Shown in pieces: positions 12,346 through 23,586 of a stretch of 64,000 bases of DNA (position 1 is its first letter; every line of letters starts with the position of its first letter). This DNA comes from Selaginella moellendorffii (lineage: Eukaryota > Plantae > Lycopodiophyta). The translations under genes were made by a program, and so were the position numbers. The notes below the pieces were generated by a model. The model was given only the letters and a program-made list of their open reading frames with translations, did not search any database and was not told the DNA's origin. The DNA lies in the NCBI RefSeq assembly GCF_000143415.4, contig NW_003314320.1:138787-202786 (forward strand). Reading direction: 5' to 3'.

Positions 12346-12641
12346 TAGAAACGAAAGAGGAGAGAATTAAAACTAAAAAGTCTGATGTTGGCTTGTTCAA
12401 AGCCTTCTAAAGAGAGAAATAGAATAAAAGAAACGTATCTGCGTGATGGGAAGTCGCAAGCAACGAGGATCTCGTACAAAAGAAAGGTAGTGCCGTGGAC
12501 TTCAAAGACAGATGGGCCCCATTGAGCTGAATTTTCTATGATCCGGAAAACGACGCGCCAAAGAGTAGAGGGTCCTCATTCCCGCCAATAGCTTTCGAAA
12601 TTTAGGGCTCTTGGAGGCGGGGGCGGGTTTTAGGAATTACC

Positions 12642-12870
12642 ATGGCTGCTAGAACATCTCCATTTATTGATCATGAATATGTCATGGAGGCCAAGAGCTC
12701 GGTGGAATGATTGTTAAGAAGTAATATGCTCAGATTATAGGCTAGTGTGAGCTAATATAAAGGATGTTATTTAATCTTGATTTGTTTTTCAAAGAGAAGA
12801 AAATAAACTATGCAGATCTTTACCAGATTTTCATTTGAAATAAAAAGTTAAAATAAATGTATGGCTCATC
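12642..12870 (+). pseudogene. Decayed 5' fragment of the ascorbate peroxidase gene (co-duplicated with the CYP)
   Basis: ATGGCTGCT...TTGATCATGAATATGTCATGGA..GCCAAGAGCTC.GTGGAATGATTGTT and CTATGCAGATCTTTACCAG match APX exon 1 and exon 3 at 15336-15750, with deletions. Confidence 0.85.
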
Positions 12871-13078
12871 TATAATTTTGCATACAGCAAAAGGTAAAGG
12901 ATGGAAATGAATTTTATTTTTCCTTTTGCCCCCTTTTCTTATAATCTTCCTTTCTTCTAATCGATTATTGAAAAGATAACCTTGATTCGTTAAAAGGTAA
13001 CACAAATTTATATTTCTTTAACGGTGTATATATACTGTTCGTCATAGTTTGGAAAATGTTATTGTTCTTTGAAGACTT

Positions 13079-14902
13079 TCACTGGTTTGCCAGGAGATTC
13101 ATCGGCATGCCAAACTTTGGCTGCAAAGTTAGCACCTGAAATGGCGAGTGGACGTAAGTTTCCGAGAGCTCAAACTTGAACTTGCGTAGGATCATCGCAA
13201 GGATGATCTTCGTCTCGATCATGGCGAAGCTCTGTCCCACGCAAGTTCGCGGCCCCACGGAGAACGGCAAGAACGGCCTTTGCTGTTGGGAGACGAACCT
13301 ATCTGGATTGAAGCTCTTGGCATCTACCCCCCAGAACTTCTCGTTGTAGTTTATGACGATCAGAGGCACGAGTAGCAGAGTTCCTTTTGGGATGACGAGT
13401 TCTTTGAGCTTGACCTTGTTGTGTGTGTAGCGATTTAGCAAAGGAACCGGGGGATACATTCTAAGAGCCTCGTTGATCACCATTGTCATCTGGAGCAAAA
13501 GAAAGAAAGAGTTTTACAAAATTACAAGATAATAGAGGAATGGCAAGTTTACGGATTTGAGATTGCCGAGCATCTCCAAAGTGTTTGGAGCGGAGACTTG
13601 TCCACAAACTTGACAAACTTCTTGACGTAGCCGAGTCTGCCAGTCGGGATTGAGTGCCAAAAGCAGCATCGTCCACGCTAGTAGAGCTGCGGACGTTTCT
13701 TGTCCCGTGAAAAAGAAAGTTTTGCACTCGTCGATCACGTCCTGCATCGTCACCTGGATGTCCAGCTTCTTACCGTTGTTAAAATCCAAAACTCCATCTT
13801 TTGCAGCCAGCATCAATCCCAAGAGATCCTTCCCGTATGATCCACTGACACTCGACTCCTTCAATCGGTTTACGACGATTTTTCGAAGCTTGCTGTCGAT
13901 TTGTTGCTTTAAAGTCCACCTGCGTCGATTGGCGGACGTTGGAAGAAATCTAAAGAAGCGCTTACGTTTATCAAGAAGGCGTATAGAACGAAAAGAAAAG
14001 AGACAAAAACCGCACCTAAAACCAGGCAGATGAACTTGACCTTGCCACTCCAAGTGAATGTATTGCTGCTCGATTTGCATCTCGAAAACTTCCTTTCCTG
14101 CCGCGTAGCTCGTCCCAAAAGCCGTCCGGCACAAAACATCCTGTGTGATGTCTCGGAGCTTTGACGCAACATCCACCGGTCCCTCGGTGGTTTTCCACTG
14201 CTTGAGGTTCTCCTCGACGCAAGCTACCATAGCATCGATCATCAACTGCAAATGAAAACATTTAGAAGCTTGGTGGAGAAAGAAAAATGAAAACTTTCGA
14301 AATAGAGAGAGTTAATCACCTTCAGCTTCTCGTTGTGGAAAGCCAAAGAGACCATCTTTCGCTTTTGGGACCATCTCTCGTTCATAGTCAGCAACGCAAT
14401 CCCATCCCCAAACAAATCCCTGGCGGCATGCTGGCCGGGATCCCTGTCAAGACTCCCACTTTTGTCGCAAAGCACTTCTTTCATCAGCTCTGGATCGCTT
14501 ATCATCAGCCTTGGCTGTGATCCCCACCACACCAAAAACGTTTCACCTGTGTACACATTCCGCGAGCTTCAATCATCCACAAAAACTGGGAAAAAAGATC
14601 GATCTCGTACCGTATGATCTGGACCACGCTGCATAGTAAGGAAGGACTTTCGCCACAACGCCACCATGATTGTCGTCTCTAATTTCGCCAGTGGAACTCT
14701 TGACAACTTCGACTGCCATGAGCTCGCGTACTTGATCCAAGTTCCCGAGGAACAAGCGTGGAACCGGTCCCAGGACGCCTTGCTGCTTGAAAGCCTGGAG
14801 GAGCCGCCGAGGCCTCCAAAGGAAATCGCGAGCCAGTTGCCACACACATATCGTTGCTATCAGAGAGACCCCTGCTGTGACAACATTCCAGATGAGATCC
14901 AT
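13079..14902 (-). CDS. Cytochrome P450, CYP72 clan, 5 exons
   Basis: N-terminal anchor MDLIWNVVTAG...LWRPRRL; DECKTFFFTGQETSA (I-helix); EALRMYPP (ExxR); FNPDRF; PFSVGPRTCVGQSFA heme motif; clan-typical exon layout. Confidence 0.95.
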
Positions 14903-15335
14903 TCCTCCGCGAGAAGAAAAAAAAAATAAATTTTCTTCTACGCCTTCTACCGCGGGAATAGGAAGAAAAAAGAAACAGTACCAGTCCTTACATTTCTCTG
15001 CGTGATGGAAGTCGCAAGGAGCAGGGATCTCGTACATAAAAAAGGTAGTGCTGTGGACTTATATGGGCCCCTTGTGAGCTGAATTTTCTATGCCACGGAA
15101 AACGACGTGCCACCGTGTTGGATTAAATAGCAGGCAGCGGGCAGCGATTGAAGCACCGATCCATCTTACCAGCCAGCCATAAAGCGAAACTTTAGGATCT
15201 TCGATTTCCCGCCAATAGAAATTTAGGGCTCTTTGGAAACTTGGTTTAAACACTTGGGATATCTTTGGGTGGTTTCCAAGGTAAGGAAGTGATCCTCTCT
15301 GGTATAAAACTTTGGGGGCGGGATTCCAAAACACC

Positions 15336-16677
15336 ATGGCTGCTGAAGTTCCCCTTGTTGATCATGAATATGTCATGGAAATCGAGAAGGCCAGGCAAGA
15401 GCTCCGTGGAATGATTGTTGAGAAGCAATGTGCTCCGATCATGCTAAGGCTAGCGTAAGTGAATATATGGAGGTTGGTTTATTTGTATGATCTTGAAACA
15501 TTTTTTTCTTTAAGGTGGCACGATGCAGGAACCTATGATCGGGAAACAAAAACAGGAGGTCCAAATGGATCAATTCGACTAGAGGGTGAATATAATCATA
15601 TTGCAAATAGGGGCATTAAGGCTGCTATTGATCTTTGTGGTGAGTAGAGTTTACTTTTGGCTGAATTCTGCAGTAATCATGATTTATTTTTTCTAGAGGA
15701 AATCAAAGAGAAGTGCCCCAAAATAAGCTATGCAGATCTTTACCAGGTTTGCATTTTGAAATAAAAAGACAAATAATGTATCTGGCTCACATATATGTTG
15801 TTTGGATAATTAGCTAGCAGGAGTTACAGCAGTGGAAGTCACTGGAGGACCAACAATCAGTTTTGTTTCAGGAAGGAAAGTATGGTAAAACATTAATCTT
15901 TGAACACCATGCATTTTCTTTTTTTTCTTACAGGATTCTTCAGTAATACCCCCTGAAGGACGTTTACCAGATGCTTCTCAAGGTCATTGATAATTTCTAT
16001 ATACTTTTCTTACTGATATGATAATTTTCCTTTATGATCTCTAAATTTGCAATTTAGGTGCAAATCACTTGAGAGATGTTTTTGGTAGGATGGGCTTAAA
16101 TGACAAAGATATAGTTGCATTATCTGGTGGTCATACACTGGTGAGACCTTTGGGATTTATAAAGTTTTTTTTAAAGACATTTTTGGCAGGGAAGAGCTCA
16201 CAAGGACAGATCAGGATTTGATGGACCATGGACATCAAATCCTCTGATCTTTGACAATTCTTATTTCATGTATAAGTCTTTCTTCCTGTTCAAGTCTTTT
16301 TTTTTACCATTTTTTTTTCTTCTATTCCATGTGAACAGTGAGCTGATTGAAGGAGAAAAAACTGGACTTTTAAAGCTACCAACAGATACGTGTTTGATGG
16401 AAGACAAAGTATTTCGTCAATATGTTGAAACTTATGCCAAGGTAATCGATCACAAGGTTTGTGGAGATGATTATAATAATTTCGAGAGCAGGATAAAGAC
16501 ACATTTTTCCGTGATTACGCGTGGTCTCATAAGAAATTATCTGAGCTCGGTTTCATCGATCACCCAGATGAAACCCAAGAGAACACATATGATAGCTCAT
16601 TCACATCAATCACCATATTAATTGGAGTGGTGATCACAGCAGCAGCAGTGGGTTTAGTTGCAATGATATGGTCATGA
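15336..16677 (+). CDS. APX: L-ascorbate peroxidase, membrane-anchored (APX3/5-like), multi-exon
   Basis: CAPIMLRLA|[19 protein letters not shown]; ISYADLYQ|[13 protein letters not shown]; EGRLPDA; [11 protein letters not shown]|[13 protein letters not shown]; [10 protein letters not shown]; C-terminal hydrophobic tail [22 protein letters not shown]. Confidence 0.96.
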
Positions 16678-16769
16678 AATAAACTAGTATAATGTTTCGC
16701 ATTAGTATAGATTTGTGTTTGTATGGATGGATGGTTTTCTGATCCTCGTTTTGATGATTCTTTCTATGG

Positions 16770-19700
16770 TCAACTAGATGGAACTCTCGAGTGATGATCC
16801 ATCGTCTTAATTCTTCTTCGTATTTCGTGGCTTTCTTTCCACATTCCAGCCGCGGCATACGTGTTTGCCATGAGCGAGTAAGCTGCCGAATCCTCGCTGT
16901 CTAGCTCCACCACTGCCTCAAACGCGATCCTGGCCACTTCCACATCCTTCCACTTCCGAGCGGCCGCTAGCACAGTCATCCATATCACCCTGTCCGCTCT
17001 AATAGGCATCGCTTCCACCAAAGCCAGCGCTTCCCGGAGATGGTTCTTCCTCCCGAGAAGATCGACCATGCAAGTGTAGTGCCCAAGTCCGGGAGCCACT
17101 CCAAAGCTGCTAGACGAGGAGCGCATCTTCTCAAATATCTCCTTCCCTTTGTCGACGAGCCCCGCGTGGTTGCATGCGTTGAGCACGCAGAGAAGCGTCA
17201 CTCCATCTGGTTGCAGGGAACTAGAAGCTTGCATCCTCTCGAACTGGGAGAAAACTTTCCCGGTGTCGCCGTGGTAGCCATAGCCTGCGATGAGAGCGTT
17301 CCACGCCACCAAGTTCTTTCGAGACATGGCTTCGAAGACTTGCTCGCTCTCGGCCATGCTCCCACACTTCGCATAGAAATCCACCAGAGAACTCGCGACA
17401 AGCTCGTCACTCTCGAGTCCCGCCTTGCGACTTTCAGCATGGATTTCTCTCCCGGTTTCCAGTGCCGCGAGAGTGGTGCAAGCCTTCACCACCGCGGCGT
17501 AAGTTCTAGCATCCGGCAGTAGCGATCGTTGCTCTTTCATTCTGGAGAAAAGCTCGAGAGCGAAGCTTGCTTCGTCACGACTCTGAGCATAACCTGTTAT
17601 CACCAAGTTCCAAGCTGCCAAGTCGGGTTGCTTCATCCTGTTGAAAACTTTGAGAGCGTCTCCCACACTCCCACACTTCACGTACATCTCGAGCAGACCA
17701 TTTGCAACAAAGAGATCGTCCTCGTGCCCGCCTTGCAGAACTTGAGCGTGGAGAGCAGCACCTTTGTCCAAGCACCAAGCTCTCAAAGAAGCATCAATCT
17801 TCTCCTTCTCGGCCATTTTCTCTCCACTTCCACTCACAGCCTCGGAGCAAGCCTTGAGAGCAGCAACAAAAGTTCTAGCATCCGGTTCCAGTCTTTCTTC
17901 GCTTTGCATGCGCTCAAAGAGCTCCAATGCAAGCTCGCTCTTCCCACTCTTCGCGTATCCCAGAATCAATGCCGTCCACGAGATGAGATCTCGCTGCTTC
18001 ATCCTGTCAAACACCCTCTTCGCGTCGTCCATCCTTCCAAAGTTAGCGTACATATCCACTAGAGCGTTTGCCACCAAAGTTTGCGATTCATAGTCCCCAA
18101 GCCGAGAGTGTATCGCCGTTCCAGCGCTCACAAACTTTGCCTGCTCCTCCGGTTTAGCTCGAAAACCAGCACAGCAGGCCTTTATCCCTGCAACGTAAGC
18201 TCGAGCGTCGGGTTTCAAAGCATCTTCTTCTTGCATCCGAGCGAAACATTCCAACGCTAGATTTGTTTCTCCACTGTGAACATATCCCAGAATCAGAGCA
18301 CTCCATGAGATCACATCCCTGTTCTTCATTCTTTCGAGGACCTGGCGAGCTTCTTCCGGCCTCCCACACTTTGCAAATATATCCACGAGCGAGCTGCCGA
18401 TAAAAGCATCGCAAGAAAAATCATCCTTCTCGGCTTGCGATTGAATTTCTCGGGCCTTTTCTAGACACCTGTTCCTGTTTTGTAAATCCACTCCTTCGTC
18501 TCCTTCTCTTTGGTGGCTTCCACAAGAAAGCTCAGCGCAAGCCTTGAGTGCCGCAACGTAAGTTCGAGAATTTGCTTTCAAGCCTTGTTCTTGTTTTTCT
18601 TCTCGTTGTTTGAGCCTGTCAAAGAGCTCCAAAGCATGTCCCGGATCACTGCTCGAAGCATACTTCAGAATCATGATGTTCCACGAAACGATATCACGCT
18701 GTGGCATTCTATCGAAAACCTGTCGAGCTTCCGGCAAGCTCCCACACTCTCCATACATGTCGATCAGCGCGTTTGCAACGAAGATATCCGACTCGAATCC
18801 ACCCGTTACTGCCTCCGAGTGGATCGCCCGACCTTTTTCCAAGCCAAGTTCCTTCTCGTTTTCTCTTGCAAGTTGAGTGCAAGCCTTCGCAGCAGCAATC
18901 ATCGTTCTCGCGTTTGGTCTTAGCTTCTCGGCCTTCATTCGTTCGTAGAGCTCTAGCGCCAAGCCAGCTTCACCGTTTTGAGCGTATCCGGATATGAGCG
19001 TAGTCCATGAAACAACGTCGCGATTCGGGATTTTCTCAAACACCTTGCGTGCGCTGGCCAAGCTTCCACACTTCACGTAAGTGTCCACCAGAGCGTTCAA
19101 CACGGCAGTGTCCGACTTGTGTGGAGACTTGAAGATAAGATCAGCTACGTGCTTGCATTCTTCCAAGCATTTTCTTCTCCCTGCAAGAGCAGCACAAGCC
19201 TTTAGCACCGATTGAAAAGTTTTCGAGTTTGGAACCAAACCGTCCTTTCGCATCTCGCCGAAGAGCTCCAGTGCAAGCTCGCCATCGCCACCCTGAGAAG
19301 CTCCCATGATCATGGAGTTCCACAAAACCACGTCCCGCTTCTCAACACTCCGAAAGGCCCTGTAAGAGTCCTCCAAGCTTCCACACTTGGAGTACATCTC
19401 CACCAGGCTACTCGCAACGAAAACGTCCGAGCCGAGGTCCTTCTGACCAACCCGAGAGTGTAGAAACATCCCTTTCTCCAAGGACACCGGCTTCACAAGT
19501 TTCCCGCTAAGTTCCATGGAGTTTTCTTTCGCAGCAGTATCGGCACAGGCTCTCAAAGCCGCCACGAAAGTCCGAGCGTTGGGAGTGAGGCCTTGTTCTT
19601 CTTGCAGGAACGCGAAGAGCTCCAAAGCGAGCTCTCCATTTCCAGTTTGCACGTATCCCGACATGAGAGAAGTCCAGGAGATCACATCACGTCGCGGCAT

Positions 19701-20098
19701 TCGATCGAAGACTCTCTGTGCTTCCAGCATGCTCCCACACTTGGCGTACATGTCTACGAGCGAGTTTGCCACGAAAACCTCCAGCTCTTCATCACTGTTC
19801 TTTGACTGATCGGCGTGGATGATCCGGCCAGCTCGCAAGTTTCTGGTTTTGCTGCATGCCTTGAGTGCTGCGAGAACGATTGAAATGCTCGGCTTCTCGC
19901 CCTTGTCACGCATTTTCGTGTAGATCCTGAGGACTTGGTAGTCTTTGTCTTTGGCTTCATGGCTCCTTCACAATGCATCCAAGGTGAGAAAAGAGAAAGA
20001 GCAACAGAATGAGATAGAAAGAGAGAAGAATACCTTGTTGATGGAAGGTCTTGCAATGGCGAAATTCTTCTTTGGTTTGGGAAGAACCTTACAGCCAT
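16770..20098 (-). CDS. PLS-class pentatricopeptide repeat protein with E domain (no DYW)
   Basis: 1047-aa ORF of P-L-S triplets (VANSLVDMYAKCGS..EA..VFDRMP.RDVISWT), ending HYTCMVDLLGR...WMTVLAAARKWKDV...AYSLMANTYA. A short upstream exon (ATG 20098, MAVRFFPNQRRISPLQDLPSTR) splices in frame to IYTKMRD. Confidence 0.93.
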
Positions 20099-20259
20099 GT
20101 GGTTTGATCGAGATCACCGGGGAATACCATAGCGATGGAGCAAAGAAATCCCATGGATTCAGAGAATGAAAATGCTGCCAAGCGATTGCTCTCTCGCCTT
20201 GTTCTAGTGCTCCATCCAGCCCTAGAAATTTTTTGCTCGTTTTCTAGGGTTTTTGGTAA

Positions 20260-21774
20260 ATGGAATTGGAAGAGGTTGTAAGCGAGACGTACAAGACGCC
20301 CGAGGCGATGGCGCTGCTCAACGTGGCGGAAATTCGCGAGAAAATCCGGGCGCTGGGGCCGCGGCCCGATCCCCAGGAGGTGGAGGATGCGCGCCAGGCG
20401 CTCGCCGCGTCGAATGCGTCGCTCGCGCAAGCTTTGGAGTCGATCGCCTTGGAAGATCTTGAGGCTAAGGTATTGTATTTCCTCCAGGGACAAGGGCAAA
20501 ATTCTTTGTTTCGATCGATCAGGCTGAGGAGGAGAAGGCCGCGCGGGACGCCGCGGAGCGAGAGAGATTGCCGTTGAGGGCGATTCTCCAGCTTGATGAG
20601 CTCCATCGCTTGTACGGGAATTTGCTCAAGGATGCCGAGGCTCTTCTCGAGAAGAATTCTTCGGTTCCAGTGAAGGAAGAGGGGCAAGGGCAGAATCTTG
20701 CGGCAAGCCGGCTGCTAGACGAGGCCGCGGAGAAAAAATTGTCCGAGCTAAATCTTTGCAACCAGTCCCTCCAGTTGGTCCCGGAATCCATTGGGAGGAT
20801 TTCTTCGCTGGTGGATCTCAACTTATCCACGAACCAGGTCGAGGTAGAAGTTTCAGCTATTTTTTTGCCTTGGTTCTAGCTTAAGTTGTTTTGTTTTTTT
20901 CAGGTACTTCCAGATGCTATTGCTGGCCTGGCGAATCTCGAAAGGCTCCAGGTGCAGTCCAACCGTCTTCGAATTCTTCCAGACTCTATTGGCTTGATGA
21001 AGAACCTCAAGTACTTGAACTGCTCCAGGAACCAGCTAAAGCAGCTTCCAGAGAGCATTTCTGGATGCAGGTAAGCTTTTTTCTTGTGTTTTAGATCGAA
21101 TGACTAAGTTGGCGAGTTTCCGTTCTGCCAGTGCGCTGATCGAGCTCAATGCCGACTTTAACAAGCTCGAGTATCTTCCATCGAGGTTTGGACGAGGCAT
21201 GGACTCCTTGGAGCGACTCTCTCTCCAACTCAACTCTCTCACGTACCTTCCACCGACGCTGTGCGAGGCACAAACTCTCAAACACCTCGACCTTCACTTC
21301 AACAAGCTCAGATCACTCCCAAGAGCCATCGGCAACTTAACCCGCCTGGAAACTCTCGACGCCAGCAGTAACTTCAGCGATCTCACCGCTCTTCCAGAAT
21401 CCATGGCCGACTTGGTCTCGCTCACACACCTCGACCTCCGCTACAACCAGATCCGCGAGCTCCCGCTCTCCTTCGGCAGGCTGACCAACATCAAAACACT
21501 GGAGCTGGACGAGAACCCACTCGTGGATCCGCCGCTGGAGATCGTCCAGCAGGGAACTCCAGCCACGATGAAGTACCTGGCCTATCGATTGGAAGCGAGC
21601 TTGCTCAAGGCCATCGAGGAGGAGAAGTTGCGAAGCTCCCAGCAGCCAAGCTCTCCTTCGTGGATTCCAGCGGCGGCGCAAGGATGGGTCTCTGGAGTTT
21701 ACTCCAACATCTCGAGCTATCTTACCAGTCCCAAAGCTAGCGGCAAAGAGGACTACCTGGAGCAGCAACTATGA
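20260..21774 (+). CDS. PIRL: Plant intracellular Ras-group-related LRR protein
   Basis: LGPRPDPQEVEDARQAL coiled-coil; RAILQLDELHRLY; LRRs LxxLxLxxNxLxxLP; SNFSDLTALPES; LDENPLVDPP; ends DYLEQQL. Confidence 0.94.
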
Positions 21775-21802
21775 TGTAGCTACACTTACATTGGCTTATA
21801 TA

Positions 21803-21860
21803 TTGACTTTCGTTTACTTTGACTTTTCAGTGACTGAGTTTTCATTGACTTCTATTTAAA
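21803..21860 (+). promoter_or_regulatory. Three W-boxes plus a TATA-like box in the 90-bp spacer upstream of the Uma2-ankyrin gene
   Basis: TTGACT at 21803, 21819 and 21845, TGACT at 21831, TATTTAAA at 21853. Confidence 0.45.
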
Positions 21861-21890
21861 GTTATGGCGGGAGATGAAGGATTAGGGTTT

Positions 21891-23586
21891 ATGGCGTCTA
21901 TCAAAAGGCAGAGGCCGCGCAGGGCGGCCGCGGAAGGCCCGTCTCAGGTGAGCGATTGAGTGTACTGTTCGCGAAATCTCATGTCACGCCATGGCTAGCC
22001 AGGAATTTCGCTTGGATTGTGGAGAGGGCAGCACCCACAGCTTCTGGGGGCAGCAAGTCGAGCTTCCTGCTGGATCGCACAACGAAATGGGGAAGCAGCC
22101 ATCCAATATCGTCGAGATTGCGCTTCCGCCCGATGTGAAGATCCCGCTGCACGAGATGACGCGCAGGTGCGAGCTGATCTTCAAGATGGTGGATGGCAGG
22201 CTTGTGATCCGCAGGCCGTGTATGTTTTCGTTTTCCCAGCTCGTCAGTGAGCTACTCGCGTATTCCAGGCGCAGCCGGTGCTGTTCGTGCGACTACTGCG
22301 TGTCAAGCTCCTTTACTTGGTTCCGGTGTAGTGACGGACAGCTGCTAGGCCCTGAGATCGCCATCTCCGAGAAACGCAGCTTTGATACGAGCAGTGAGTC
22401 GGCCATGAGCTCCGGCAAGATGGCTCTTGAGGGTGTGGACATTCTCGTCCTCATCCAGTTCTACGAGTCGGAAGAGGATGCCGAGCGTGCAGTTGCCTGG
22501 CAAGCCGAGCTCACGAAAGCTGCTACGTTCGGGTTTGTGGTACCGGGCTCGGTTGTTCTGGTGGCATACTTGGATCATGAACAGGGGGCAGTAAAGATGG
22601 ACAGGCTTGAAGGTCCCAGGTTCTTAGACATGACGGCTTACTCTCCGCGGTTGAGTGGCATGAGGTTCTATCCTGCGCACTTCCTCGGTAGTCTCTGGGC
22701 GGACCCTTTGCATGATCCAGCGCTGCTGGTAGCTCGAACGGATGAGCTACGAACTCGGCTGGTGGAAAGTATCAGTGAGGGGAGAACGCAAGTCGCGTAT
22801 GAGATTGTGGTTCTGCTGGATAGTCTTGACTTTGTCGACCCTGTTCATGGCAACACTCCGCTGCTGGCTGCTTTGCAGTCCCAGGCTCCTGATCTCGACT
22901 TGGTCAAGTTTCTGGTGGACAATGGTGCCAACGCCACGGGCAGAGGTATTCTTCCCAAAGTTGTTCAAAGACATACATGGTAGTAATGTTTTTCTCTTTT
23001 TCCAGCGAGAAGTGGAGTGTGGGCTTACCTCTACGCGGTGGTGAATGGCATGGAAGCTGTAGTGGATGCCTTGGATGATAACGGCAATTCCCAGACCCAT
23101 CTCAACAGTTTGGCACCCAAGGAGCTGTGCGAAACAGAGAATCCGGAGCTGCTCGAGATGCTTTTACGTCTCGGCTTATCTCCGAACAAGGCGTATGAAG
23201 GTATACTACCCCTCAACAATGCGCTATCTGGAAGGAACTGTATGGAGAGGCTGCAGCTCCTGGTGAAAGCTGGAGCAGATCCGACACTGCAAGATGGCCA
23301 GGGGAATTGTGCCTTGGGCCTTGTTGTGGACGACCAGCCTCCGGAGATTGTCCGCCTAGTGGCTCGTGTGTGCCAAGAGCGGAGCGTGATCGACACCAAA
23401 GTGGATCCCGTGAACACTGCTCTTGGTGTAGCGTGCCTGTTCGACGAGCCAGTGACTTGCAGTGTGCTGATGGAGTGTGGAGCTTCTCCCTTTGGTACAT
23501 ACTGCTATCCTCCACATGATCTGCAGACTGGCCTCAAGATGCTGTTTGCTCTCACAGACACACCACTGCCAGATTGTCTTAAGTAA
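21891..23586 (+). CDS. Ankyrin-repeat protein with an N-terminal degenerate Uma2/DUF820-like domain, 3 exons
   Basis: Exon 1 21891-21947 (MASIKRQRPRRAAAEGPSQ; in-frame alternative ATG at 21864), intron to 22002, exon 2 to about 22945, exon 3 to 23586. Ankyrin repeats HGNTPLLAAL..DLVKFLVDNGAN, GILPLNNAL..LLVKAGADPT, QGNCALGL, VNTALGVAC..LMECGASP. The Uma2 call is by manual alignment. Confidence 0.75.

Noticed and set aside
4625-16677. AKR2 and membrane-bound APX about 9 kb apart (AKR2A chaperones APX3 in Arabidopsis) as a functional gene cluster
   Set aside because: Unrelated genes intervene and the genome is very gene-dense; without synteny or co-expression data this is most likely coincidence.
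9011-16677. GST-like + P450 + peroxidase as a biosynthetic or detox gene cluster
   Set aside because: There is no scaffold-forming enzyme, one P450 is dead, and the neighbours are conserved housekeeping genes.
17040-19809. Many plus-strand ORFs overlapping the PPR
   Set aside because: Antisense shadow ORFs of a long GC-balanced CDS with no recognisable motifs.
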